Under the pieces are notes generated by a model. It saw nothing but the letters and a program-made list of their open reading frames with translations, made no database searches and was not told where the DNA came from. From Nageia nagi (taxonomy: Eukaryota; Plantae; Pinophyta), in assembly GCA_050084985.1 (NCBI GenBank), contig JBITNC010000001.1, positions 163,618,001-163,682,000 on the forward strand: DNA of 64,000 bases, in the 5' to 3' direction. The first letter of the stretch is position 1. Each line of letters starts with the position of its first letter. A program made the translations under genes and the position numbers. Shown here one piece after another: positions 49,989-62,330 of the stretch.

Positions 49989-52192
49989 CCTAACATGACA
50001 GATCACAAAATTTCCAAAATCCTTCATGGTGCAGTAAATGATTGATAAAAAAAGAAAAAAAGCCAAGAGACCAAATCAATGCTGAAACAGAATTGTATTA
50101 GAGAACTGACTGCAAACATTAGAGAGGAACAAGAGGAATATAAATCAAGTAGCACAAAAAATATCTGCACTAGCAGCATTTTCTCCTTTTGGGACGCATT
50201 TTCTACTAGCCTTCAAGGCCTATATCATGCAATGCACTCTGTTGGAATATAATGCTGACCATGTGTCAAAATGAATTTGCAACTCCTCTTTTAATTGTTT
50301 CAGTAGAATATGTCAATAGGAAAAATTATTAAGTGTTTCAATAGAATATGTCAGTTTGTAAGAGATTCTTGTGAATGTAACAGTATTGTAATGGGTAGTT
50401 TTTAGTGAGGGATATTTGATACTGAAAAAGTTTTTTTTCAAGATACGATGTCTTTGTGTGCAGACCAGTTTTTTTTCTATTAGATTAAATTGTCTGTATC
50501 AGAAGGTTGTAACTTGTGTTTTATAGATTGGTTTTTGTTCTTATTTATACTTTTGAAAGCCCTTACTAATATTTTTCCAAAAGTATAAACTTTGTCCAGT
50601 TTGAAGCTGTGTAGCTCTTACTGTAATGTTTGCAAAAGCCCCTTCTAGTCTTTTTCTGCTTGGACCTCAGCACTCTAAAATTATCTTGCAAACCTCGTAA
50701 CTTTTTCTGTAGTTCGTATTTTTCCATGAAGTAAAGTTTTCTGAGTACTCGTTATAGAGCAGAAAATACCTTCTATATTTCATGAAATTCTGCATCATTT
50801 TGATCCTTGGTTAAAATGGTTTAAGTGCTCTTTGGAATCTTAGTACACTATGTAGAACTGTAACCCCAGCGCACTGGAGTAACCACACGCTTGTTTTGAG
50901 CTATTTTTCTCCCATTATTGTGTCATAAACTTCATTTAGTATCATAGCCTTGTACAGTTGGAGGATTAGAGTCACCTGTGGTCTCACTAACAATTTATCA
51001 AGTTGTTTTGTAAAGATTATTGCAGGATCCTTGCTTCTTGAGTGTAATGGCCAACAACACTAACTCATTGCCAATCCTTGAGTTTGATGGAGTTGATTAT
51101 GAATACTAGAGCATTAAGATGAGGACCTTGGTAATGGGAAAAAGTTTATGGGATATTTTGGAAGATGGTTACATAAAACCAGTAGATTGGAGCACACTTC
51201 CCGCAGCAGATAGACAAGCTAGGAAGTGTTGGTATGTTTTTTCTTTCCTCGCCCAAAACATGCACAAGACTTGGAGGAAACAGTGTTACTTGTTTCCGCC
51301 TAAAAGGACTGGTTACCCCAGGCACTCACATGGAATATTGACTAGGGCACAGTGGTCAAAGATGCATGTTGTTAACCATATACAAGGGAAATACATGGTC
51401 GGGATTTGTTTTCCACAAAGAGGAAAGATTGCAAATGTGAACGAAAGCGAAGAAAGATCACAAATGCAAGGATAAATGCATAGGAATATAAGAAGACATC
51501 ACCAATGATGCAATGTCTCAGCAGGTCATCTCCGGATTCATTAAGAAAATGTATTCACTTATCAAGTCAGGCAGAAATAGCAAAGAGGCTCAAGTTACTG
51601 CCAGACGAGAGCAAGAAGCTGTAGGGTCTTGGTGGAAGACTGGATGGAATAGGGTGAAGGGAAATGACCAACATGCGAATACATGAATCTAACCGTATGA
51701 CATAGAGACAAGCTATACACCCCAGAATACATTCACTTACGTGCAAACCATGCAATGAACAACTTACACCACTTCGAAAGATATTTAATCAGCTTTTCTT
51801 AGAACTCGTAGTTTTCAAAGAAAATGCACTTAAGCAGTAAAAATCACTCAAAACAGCAAGAGAATCTTACAAGATAATATGCATGATCCCACAAATGATA
51901 ATCTTCATAGCATTAACTTTATAGAACTATTCCAAAAAGAAATAAACTCACAATGATAATCCATAGCATGAACAAAAGCATTCCTTTCTTGATTGCAATG
52001 ATCTCAATATGATATTCAACATGAAACGTAGATACGACAATATGCATCCATGATATGCAAAGAATCCCTTATGTAGCAAATTCTTATGCAACCATATACA
52101 AGAATCCTCAGTTTTAGCAGATGCAATAGTCTTCAATCAACATTATGCCTCCAATTTTGCAAATGCAAAAATCTCATATATGTAGGCCACAA

Positions 52193-52260
52193 GGCATTGG
52201 TGTAGTGGTAAGGGCTCTTGGTCTCCTTTGGGAGGTCATGGGTTCCAATCCCACAAGCCA
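52193..52260 (+). promoter_or_regulatory. tRNA-derived (SINE-type) Pol III internal promoter
   Basis: A box TGGTGTAGTGG (52198-52208), B box GGTTCCAATCC (52241-52251). T-stem TGGG/CCCA, acceptor-like GGC(A)TTG/CAAGCC, anticodon-arm-like CTCTT/GGGAG. Confidence 0.8.
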
Positions 52261-52666
52261 AGAGAGGAAGCTATACCCATGTGGAGGGGTAATAAAGGTA
52301 GTGGTAAAACCTGAGGTGCTAGTAGTGGCTAACTAGGGTTTCCTACATAGTAGATTATAAGGACTCCCCATTACACGCACATAGATATAGATTCTTCAAA
52401 TGTTTACCCTAACAGTTGTTACAAATTCCTTCCAAGAGAAGGCATATGATAGATCTATGAATCGAGCGTGTGATCTATTACGAGAGAAGACCTAGGTGAG
52501 CGAAAGTCGGATTAATCCTGTCAGTAGAAGAAAGTTGGGAGGGGAATGGTGACAGATAGGAACCTCCTACACCCGTAGCAAGGTAAATTTGTTTAACTTT
52601 ATTTTGCTTCTTAGAATGCACCTAGGTTTTCAAATTGCCCTGTAGGCGAATGGAAAGACAAAAACC

Positions 52667-53881
52667 ATGGCGGGAACTCTCTTCGTAGGAGGCAAAAATC
52701 GATACAGGGCCCCCATTGCAGGCAACATGGGAATCGAATGGGAAGCTTCATCTAAAAGTCCCACAAAAAGTTATAGATCAGATAGCAAAAAGAGGGCGAT
52801 TGAGCTTAATTGGCAAAGTACAAGGAGCTAGGCCAAATATAGATGATGTGCGGAGATGGGCAGAGTTCAAATGGAAACTGAGAGGAAGTCTGGATATAAT
52901 AGCCTTACCAAATGATTATTTGCTCTTTGTTTTCGGAAATGAAGAGGATTGAAATGAAATTCTGAGCTCTGGATGGTTCATATCCAACAGGGGACTATTC
53001 CTGGAGAGATGGCAGCCCGGATTTGACCCGACTAAAGCACCGATCTTGAGAGCACCAATCTTAGTTACACTACCCAAGCTCCCGTTTGACCTTTGGCACC
53101 AAAAGGTTTTTGAAGGAATTGGCAATTCCTTTGGAAGATTTATCAAAGCAGATGATGTAACAAAAGCTCGAACACGAATGATATCGGCTCAATTTTGTGT
53201 CATGATAGAATTCGGGGAAAAACTCCCAACCTCTATCACTTTGGTAGCAAAAACAGAAGATTTTGAACAAGAAATTAAGTATGAACCAAATAACTACTTA
53301 TGCTCCCTATGTAATCAGGTTGGTCACATTGCGAGAGTGTGCCCAAAGAGATTGCTACGGGATAAAAAAGAATGGAGATTGAAACCACCCCAAGCGGAAC
53401 CATATATTGAAGAAGATATAGAGAAGAATGATCCGGAGGAAGGTGAGATCAACCCTAAACAGACTATATGGAGAATAAGTCAAGCAGGCTAGAAGATGGC
53501 AAGACAGCACAAAGCACTAATGATCATACTACGGGGGCTGAGAATAACCCTCCGACCAATGAAAATCCATCAAACCCTGCGGTTGAACCTATCTAGCTCA
53601 GTATGGATCTTGATCGTTCTAAAAATGAGGAATGGCAAACAGTGAAAAGTAGAAAGAATAGAGCCAGTCCAACTCAATCTAGTGACACTACAAGTAAAGA
53701 AACCTATCAAAGAGTACTACGTAGTACTTCGAAGAAACCTGATATAGGACAAAGACATTTTGGACGTCCAAGGAAAGAAGAACTCAAGGGATTAGAGACT
53801 GCAAAGGAAGTCACTAATGGAAAACAAGCAACACTCGAAGGCCTTGAAAGAGAATTCCTCCTCAAAACTAAGAAGAAATGA
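52667..53881 (+). pseudogene. Plant L1 ORF1-like protein (DUF4283/RRM-like plus CCHC zinc knuckle), lightly disrupted
   Basis: SLIGKVQG..W.LRGSLDIIALPNDYLLFVF..EED, LFLERWQPGFDP, VTLPKLPFDLW..IGNSFGRFIKAD, YE...LCSLCNQVGHIARVC, EWQTVKSRK. About two frameshifts and one or two stops. Confidence 0.88.
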
Positions 53882-54604
53882 GGTGATAATCTACAGGCTA
53901 CGAGTTTTGTAGCAGATTCACTTAGAGAATTGTTGATTCACACACTAGCAGATTTAAATCTTGAGATTGATAATTATATAACTGTGGCAGCATGTGAAAG
54001 GGTGGTATGAACAGTAACCGATGGAGAAAGTTGATAAACCGTAGCCCATAGTTCTCTTCTCATCTACGGGAGAAACTATGTTAGTTTTTCTCTCAAATGT
54101 AACTTTGTTGAATATCTATCATCATGTATATACAGGTTTTGGGACCCTGTTTTTTGGAAAACCCACTCTTCTTTTTTACCCTTACCAAAAAAAAAAAAAA
54201 AAAAATCTCATATATGCAAAAATCCCCTTCTAAATGGCCTAAGTGGGGTATATATAAGCCACTAGAAGTGTTTCCCTAAAGGCATCAAATCTGATATGGT
54301 GTGCACACACACACAACATACATACTGATACAAAATCTGATTGTTCACAAAAAACAATGCGAGTGGCATTTAAAAGCTGACAAAATATAAATGCCATAGT
54401 CGTAATGCATCTAATCTACTTATAAACTATGAAAAAGAAAATCATATATGCAATAAATGTCTAACATCTGATCCGGCAAGAGCAAAACCTCATCCCTACA
54501 CCAGTCAAATCAAGTAAATGAAGTCTGACATAAAAACAACCACCATCAATATGCATTAAACAAAGAAAGGATAATCGTAGACAAAATCTACGAGTGGATC
54601 AAAT

Positions 54605-57600
54605 CTAGGCCAGATCTGATCCAGTACCAACGAAGCTCCACTCCTTATTGGTGAGACCGTACGACTCAATGGTCTCTTCCAAGAACGCTACGGTCTTTCG
54701 TACTCCCCTGGAAACCATGCCAATGATGCTGCCATTCTGCCTAAAGTAATCCTCAATCTGTTTGGACATAGCCTACATCTGGAATCTTCATATGACCATC
54801 TACCTCTCACAGAGAATAAGATGCCCTGCCTTCAATAAGTTAAGGTCCTCGACCTCAAGATGCTCCTGAATTAGATTTTGAGCCTCTACCAATAACACTT
54901 CCTTCTTGCGCACGTTGTTGTCTTTCCCTTGAAATCTGAGCTAATATACATATTTACTCATCTTCTCCTCTACCTCCTTTCTCAAAGGGATCCTAACTTT
55001 CAGGGCAGCATTGCACTTCTTAAGTGCATGCATCCAGTCGTGCTGATACATAAATTCATGGCAGTAGACCAACTTATCACATTTGTCAGCGAAGATCTTC
55101 CACAGATGGGTGACGTTTGCGAGATAATCATCCAGCTTCTCAAGGAGGGCTGTTATTTGTGATTTCAGCTCTCGAATCTCAACACCTTCCTCGAGGAAGC
55201 TATATATCTGAGAAGATAACTTCTCAATGGTCTCCATCATCTCCTTCTTCAACTGGTCCTTCATTAACTCCCATCTTGCATTGAACGAGGCTTGCTTCTT
55301 CAACTCGATGGGGGTGGTGCTAACGGTTTGGAACTCCTTGATGATTTTCCTATTGGCTGTGAGTTCCTTCTTGAGTCTTCTCAACTCCTTCTTGGCTTCG
55401 TAGCCTTTTTGTTCCATGACAGCAACATTTTGAGTAACAATGTGCTTTTGGGCTATCAGACCTAGCTTCACAGGCATCTTAAATGTTTCAATCATATAGT
55501 CATCAGGTCTCTGGGGATGTTTCTCCTTGGAGTAACAATGGTTGATGGAGATCTCCTTCCTTGTAGTAAAAAAAAGGTGTCTATTCTTCTAACCTTTTCA
55601 CCATCGAAGAACTCCTCTTCTTCATCCTTAGATATCAAGTCCTAATCAATTTCTTCATCGTGAGTCATATTCATGTTCAAGGCTCTAAAGCAGGCATCTA
55701 AGTCAAGATCTGGATGTTTGGTTGCTAGTTTGGAAGGGAGCCTCTGCACCAGTACTTGGCCTCTATTGATCTTCTTGACTTCTTTTTCCGGAGTGACTTT
55801 TGTTGGAGTGGCTTGAATAAGGGCAACCTCCTTACCCTAGTGCTCATCCCGCTTCCTCTTCTTCTTATGTTCCTTGGTTTCCCCTTCATCTTCTTCATCT
55901 CCGCCATCGCCACCTATTGATAAACCTTTCTTGCGTGGTTTAGGGGATCTTTCATGGCTAGTCCTCTTCACAAAGGGCTTTTGAGAAGACAAGGGTGACC
56001 ACCTTCTGTGTTCAGCAGGAGAGTGTTTGGAAGAACCCACCTCTTTGGCATATTTCATTCCAACAATCTGGACTTTTTCGTCATAAGTCCCAATGTCTAC
56101 AATCTGGTCATCACCATCATCCAGGAGAGTTTCAATCTCCATCTCATCAGGTGCAGACGCACCTATGGCTACATTGTCTTGTCCAAGGTACTCTTCATTA
56201 GCAGCATCATTTGCATCATCATCATCTTCTTCTTCTTCATCACCACAGCTTTCTTCATCATTCTCTTGGTTCTCCATCTCTTCCTCTGAGTCTTCTATAG
56301 TACAGTCAGGTTCTTCATCACTTTCTTCATCAAAAGAATAAGTGGAATATTTTGAAGAACTAGAACTTGGTTGCAATGGGGGAACTTTCTCTCTGCATCC
56401 AGGAGGACGAGTAGGTCTAGATGGAGCTTCTTCAACAGGGGAATCACTAGCACAAGCTTCCTCCAGCATACTCAAGGGGATGGTATAATAGTCAGTATCT
56501 CTAAGATCAGCCACCACCTGTTGGCTTTTCCTAACTACATCAGTCACCACATCATGTTTACTAGGTCCTAATGCATGTTCCCTTGATGCTCCTTGTCATT
56601 TCCCAATGAGAAGCAAGGGTGTTTTAGCATGTAGAGGCGCAACGTTTGCAGAAGGAGGAGGGGACGTTATGATCCTCAATGGTACCTCTTTGGGTCTTGC
56701 CTTTACAGTTTTGGATCTTGCAAGTAACCATTCTTCCTAGAGGGGAGCCTTATTCTTGCTCAAAAGAGCGCTATCTCCTCCTCATCTTGCACATTCATGT
56801 ACTTCTCCACATTCCCTAAAGATTTGTGCTAGTAAGTAACAAGTTTTTAGAATGCAATGCTGTAGAAATGAACAATTACACCTCTGGGATCATAATTCTT
56901 GGCTGCCATCTCCTTAAAGAAGACGTATTGTTGCAGTTCCTTCTTCATATTGTTGGCCTCAACCCATGTCTGGCAAACATAACTTGCGATGGAAATGGGC
57001 AAGTTGATGGTTACATCCATCTTTCTCCATACTCGTTCCTTTAAAAACACCAACTGCCTAGCAAATTCCATGAGAATGAGTCTATTACTGGCATATCTGG
57101 GTAGGAGCAAGGGTTGTTCTTCAAAGCCATAGACCATAATGTAAGTATGATCAATATATTGCAGATAGAAGTCTGCATGCACACTGATAGCCTGAATAGC
57201 AGCATCAAAAATCCTCCTGACTACTAATTCTCCCTTAATATCTTTGTAAATGGTGTACTCCCACTGATCATTCCTCTCATAGAAATGCTTGAACTTATTA
57301 TAATACCACCACTTCGGGTAGGTCCGCCACACTGGAATGCCTTTCTAACCCAAATATCTCTCATCTGCAAGCTCTCTCGATCTAAGCTTGCCATGTAACA
57401 ATAGGTACACAAGATAGGAATTCATATAAAATCTTTTGGAAGAGCCAAAGTAGGCCAATTGATGACGTAAGGCATCACTGATTACCCTGCTCCATCTGAC
57501 AACTCTCCTTGAGTTGATCAATGAATCCAATCAACTCCCTCCTATACTTGGAGTCATTTACTTGACCCATGACTCTGGACAACAAAGTGATCAACTTAGC

Positions 57601-58207
57601 AATCGTGGGAAGGAATTCCTCCCTACGAGCACTAATCAACCTCTGGCCCTAGATGCCTTGGTAGTCTTCATACAACCATCGTCTGATATAATCCCCAGGC
57701 CAGGTAGTGGAATCATGGAATTCTTCTAAATTGACCAATATGTGATCATCTTCGTATCTTTTCCAGCCAAAGGCAACTTCAATCCCTTCCAGAGAGAAAT
57801 CCATGATCATGTTCCCCTCGATGTCCAAGAGAACTCTCTTATCATATTTACAGCATTTAGCGACCTCATAACACAACTCAGGAAATGAAACAGCCAAAAA
57901 CAATCATAGTGGTATTAAACAGCCCACAAGAGTGGATAATCTCATCTGATAAATCCTCCTTACTGATGGAGGCAGTGGAGGCTATGGTCTAGATGGGGTC
58001 AACATTTCCCCAATCTGTATCACCAATATAGGTGAATGTCCCCTTGAATTTGGCTTCAAGAAGCTGAGGTTTCTCTCTTTCTTGAAATTCTATTTGGCTC
58101 TCCCTCAAAATCCTCTCCATCTAGTCATCTGTGACATGTCTTTTGAAAAGTTGTCCCTAAATCTTTCTAGCCTTGGAAGGGAGAGGCCTCACCTTAGAAG
58201 TCATCAT
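54605..58207 (-). pseudogene. ~1200-codon ORF of unknown function inside the giant LTR-like element (disrupted)
   Basis: Collinear ORF pieces 57649-57903, 57345-57530, 56847-57332, 55837-56550 (D/E-rich, basic KKKRKR) and 54941-55495 (coiled-coil-like). ATG ATG at 58207, last stop ~54605. Homologous to 29410-32392. Confidence 0.8.
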
Positions 58208-58479
58208 TAAAATCTGAAAAATGTGCAAAAACTTGCAGAAAAGCTAGAATTTTGATTAGGGAATGCCCCAGCACCAAATTGAATGTGTTTTGCAAAAAAA
58301 ATAACCAAACATATAGGTCTAGACTGTAAAATGTCCTGCAGTGATGAACTGGGGCTGTCCTCTTTTATAGAAGATGCATGGAGGGTTTGTGCATGGCACA
58401 ACACATGTGTGCCACTTGTCTTCTTGATCTTTCAACTCTTGGCTTCTTCCACACTTAGGTAATTTCGACTCACAGACCC

Positions 58480-60200
58480 CAGGTCGCACGGTTTAGAGGA
58501 CGTGCTTTTTCATTGCCTGGAAAACATGTGACTAGGTTCCTGATGGGCAAACACATTACTTAGTCAATTTAGGTCATCAATACTCCATAATGAAGGTCAA
58601 ATCACCACCTCATACTAGGGTCATGGATTAGAGGACGTGTTTTTTCATGTCCTCCAAAGAATGCGCTTCAGATTTGTATGCACAACTGAAAAAAGAATGA
58701 AATGCACCTATTTTTCATGTATACTTAGCCAAATTCCTGGACATGGACCTGGGCGCACCATTTCGGATGAGTCCTTGAAGCACTAATAAGATAGCATGCG
58801 CATAGGTCAGTTTAGGGTAAACTTTGTCAAGAAGATGCAAACTGAATTACAAAAAATGGACCCTGAGATCCAGCTCACCCTCTTCGAAAATGGTTACTAG
58901 TAGTCTAGACGCCTCTTCAAACCCTTATGTCTCCTGGGCGCACCGATTTTGATGAGTCCTCAAGCATGTTCCAGAAATGGTGCGACTAGGAATCTTTGTT
59001 CAAAATGAAATGAAGTGGTAAAATGATAAAGGGGTGACTTGGTATATATATCCTTCAAACTTGCCACATGTCACCTTTTGGTTGGTTGAAAATGATGTCA
59101 AATGATGAAGCTAGGATGATGGGCACACGGTTTTGGATGAGTGGAAAAGCATGTCCTGAAATACATGCACCTACCAACTTTGATGCCCAAAAAGGACTTA
59201 GTCAATTTCCACTATACTTTGAAAGCTCTTGCAACTTGGTCGAACCTTTTGAGAGGGGTGCCAAAGCATGTACCTGAAAATATGCGCCTGGCCCTCTTCC
59301 ACCTAGATTTTATACTTAGTCAAAAGTGCTCCTGGGTGAGGACATCTAGGAAACTGGCACACCAATTTTGATGAATGCCTAAGCACACCCAGAAACCTTG
59401 TGCCTATTATGTGGCACACTCTCCAATGCAATGGACTAAAATTAATGAAAAAGATCTTGAAATTTACCATCCAGGATAGGGCGTACCGTTTGGGGGACAT
59501 GCTCCTTGGACTTAGCTCTGCACAATGCTCCGAATTCAACCAAACAAACTGAATGCTAGGATTAACCTTCCTTTTATAGGCTTGCTGAGGTGGACAGGTG
59601 TCATGCAATGACTGATGCGAGTGAAGATCCAATGCATGTGGACACACCTGTCTCTCTCATGATGGACGTCCAAATTCAACACTTAGCCAATTTTTGCATC
59701 TCGAAATAGGGTGCACAGATTTGGGGATATGCAAAAGCATGTACCTGAAAACATGCACTCAAATATCCTTGCCAATTTTCCCAAAAAAGACTAAGTGCCG
59801 AAAATGCTTCTCTCATAGGCACACCATTTCGGGTACATGCAAAAGCATGTGCCAGAAAACATGCGCTCAAACATTTTTAACAATTTTCCTGAAATTTTCT
59901 AAGTGTTGAAACACCTTATCATCCTAAGTGCATCATTTTGGAGACATGTAAAAGCAAGTTCCTCAAAGCATGTGCTCAAACACAAAATGCAGCTTTTCTT
60001 CGAAAATGACCAAAATGACCCTCGATGATATCGTGCAAAGGAGGGGATGCAATTTCCACAAAATGACTAAGTGAAATGAGTATGGATGATGCAATTCAAG
60101 ACTAAAAATGCAGGACTTAAGCTAGAATTATGCAGTATGAAGGAGGGCACATGTTCCATGGTACATGCAAAAGCATGTCCCTTAAAACGTGCACCATAGG
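58480..60200. repeat. Degenerate interspersed subrepeats in the distal part of the giant LTR
   Basis: Recurrent ggg(c/t)gcacc...tttt(g)gatgagtcc..aagcatgt.cc.gaaa..atgc motif at about 58750, 58935, 59120, 59355, 59708, 59817 and 60145. Confidence 0.65.
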
Positions 60201-62330
60201 TAAAATGGCCAAGTTTTGACTTGTTTCATCATGAAGGTGCAAATTTGATAGGTTCTCCTTCGTCTACTCTACGATGCATGCATTTACTTAGAAACATTCC
60301 TCCATGCCTTTACATTTTAGTACAATGAGGGTCCTCAAAAATGCAATTTTTTTTGGGGGGTGTTGTGCAAGCACAACAGGAAGGAAGCTCAAGAGAATAA
60401 CTACATGGCACTGTACCATGTTCAATCAGGATTGGATAAAAGTACTTTTCCAAGGATAGATTGATGTAAAACAATTGTATATGCATGGAAGGCCTTGAAA
60501 GATGGTTACCAAGGAAGTGAGCAAGTCAAGCAAGTGAAGTTGCAGACTTTAAGGAGAGAGATTAAAAACCTAAGGATGTAAGAGGCTGAAAGTGTTGGTG
60601 ATTATTGTGTGAGGGTAAAGGATATTGTCAATTAAATGACAACTCTTTGGAGAAGAATTTGAAAAAGTGGTTGTTGTAAAGAAAGTGTTGAGAACAACTC
60701 ACTTCCAAGTGGAACCATGTGGCTATTATTATTGAAGAGAGTAAAGATATATCTACTCTCGAGTTTGATCAGTTGATGAGACTGAGAGAAATTGTTAGTG
60801 GTGTAGAGGAGAAAGCATTTTCTTCTAAGAGTGATGAAGCAAGTTCTAGTGGGAAAGGAAAAGGAAATGGTCAAGTAGAGGTCAAAATTCTTCTAGAAGA
60901 AGAGGAGGTAGAAGAGGTGGTGCAATTAGTAGAGGCAAAAGCAAAGGTGATAAGAGGAATGTGCAATGCTACCATCACAATAAGTATGGGCATTTTGAGA
61001 TAAAATGCAAACCGAACACTAGTAATGAAGGCAAGACTACAAACTATGTTGAAGAAGAAACTGCTGATCAACATTTGTTCTTACCAAATAACAAGGATGA
61101 TAAGAATCTTCAAGAAACTTGGATTCTTCATACAGGATGTTCCAATCATGTGTAATATCCCCAAAAATGCTCAATGCAGAAATTAGCCAACTAATTATCA
61201 AACAATATTCAATTCAGTCCTTAAGCATGCCACCTTTGAACTAGGGCATCAAATACATGTAAAAACAAACCAAGAATGCCAATGATTCACTCTATAGGCA
61301 AGAATATCACTCAAATGCCCAACGTCACACACAATGAGACAAGATTGCACCAAACGCGCACAATTATAAGACAATAATGAGATCCAAAGTACCCACGGTT
61401 GTATTAATGATGAAAGGAGTGAATGATACAATACCAGGCCCAAAGGGCTCAACGTTGGCCTCCAAGGAGCCAACTAGGGCACATGCAGTGCTAAGATATA
61501 TGTTGAAACTAGGGTAGAACAACCACCTCCTACTAGTTCTATGGATGCCTCATTGAAGGGCTTCCTCACAAACTAGATCCCGGTGAAGAGAACGGGTGTG
61601 GTTCCAAAATGCCACCGGATGGATTCAAAGTTGAAGATCGCTTGTGAATGCCTCAGGGTAGGGCAGCCTCACTTGCACGAACAACACCTCAACCATGTAA
61701 GATAGAAGGTGTCCTAAGCCTCCTACACTCCTTGTGTGCTATGCTCAAGGGTGCTGGACACTGCCAAGACTTTGGTAGCTCCGAAGAGAAGGGTTTCCAT
61801 ATCAAATTCAATCTATCTCAGATATGAGGCTCTTTAGCCTTATATAGCTCATCATTGGATCTAGATCTCACCTAGGATTCATCCCCAACATCTCTAATCT
61901 CAACATTGGCCTCCTGGAAGCTCAAGATCTCTAACATGTATGCCTAGGGGTCAAGCATGTCTAACCTGGATACCTAGGGGTCATTAATGCCTACATGGGG
62001 ATCTGGGGTGCCCCACATGCCAACATGGGTGTCCAAGGTGCCACGCATGCCAATGTGGGAGTCCAAGGTTCCACGTGGGTCTAGGAGTCATGCATGGGTG
62101 CAAGGGGGTCATCATGGGCCAACATGGGGTCTAGGAGTCTCCCCAAGGCTAGCGCATATGTACAAGTTCTCCCAAATCCAACATTGGGGCAAATAGGTGC
62201 TTATCCATGTTCTAAGTGTTGAATAAGCCTTGGGATTCCCAATCATATTTGGGATCTCCAAGTATATTAAATAATAAATAAAATAACACATCCTAGCTTA
62301 GAAGGAAAACGTCCCTCATGGGGCTCATAA

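Larger units (their letters stand above)
52183..54200 (+). mobile_element. Non-LTR retroposon: tRNA-derived head, L1-type ORF1 only, ~300-bp 3' UTR, poly(A)
   Basis: 16-bp TSD AAAAATCTCATATATG at 52167-52182 and 54201-54216. A-run at 54187-54205. No endonuclease or RT sequence. Confidence 0.9.
51227..60378 (-). mobile_element. Giant solo-LTR-like insertion (9152 bp; ~7.1 kb without the nested retroposon) containing a long ORF
   Basis: Ends TGTTG...CAACA with perfect TSD GGAAG (51222-51226 and 60379-60383). Removing it restores the Copia gag frame. No internal terminal direct repeat, PBS, PPT or gag/pol motif seen. Confidence 0.85.
50240..61150 (+). mobile_element. 5' part of a Copia element (LTR 50240-50934, PBS, gag to start of protease), split by the 51227-60378 insertion
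   Basis: TGTTGG...ttCA LTR, decayed PBS tagtatcatagc at 50937, gag ATG at 51047 (LPILEFDGVDYEY*SIKMRTL..LWDILEDGY). The frame resumes at 60384 (EAQENN..QGSEQVKQVKLQTLRRE), followed by a Zn knuckle CYHHNKYGHF and protease WILHTGCSNH. Confidence 0.9.

Noticed and set aside
51227-51475. C-terminal part of ORF 51119-51475 as a real protein
   Set aside because: The ORF is Copia gag only up to ...DRQARK. The rest is read-through into the inserted LTR.
52193-52260. Functional tRNA gene
   Set aside because: The D-arm and anticodon loop are irregular, and it lies at the 5' end of a TSD-flanked poly(A) retroposon. It is tRNA-derived, not a tRNA gene.
51227-60378. DNA transposon (CACTA/MULE/hAT) or endogenous caulimovirus
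   Set aside because: A 5-bp TSD with TG...CA ends fits LTR integrase. No long TIRs, DDE transposase, RT, movement or coat-protein motifs were seen.
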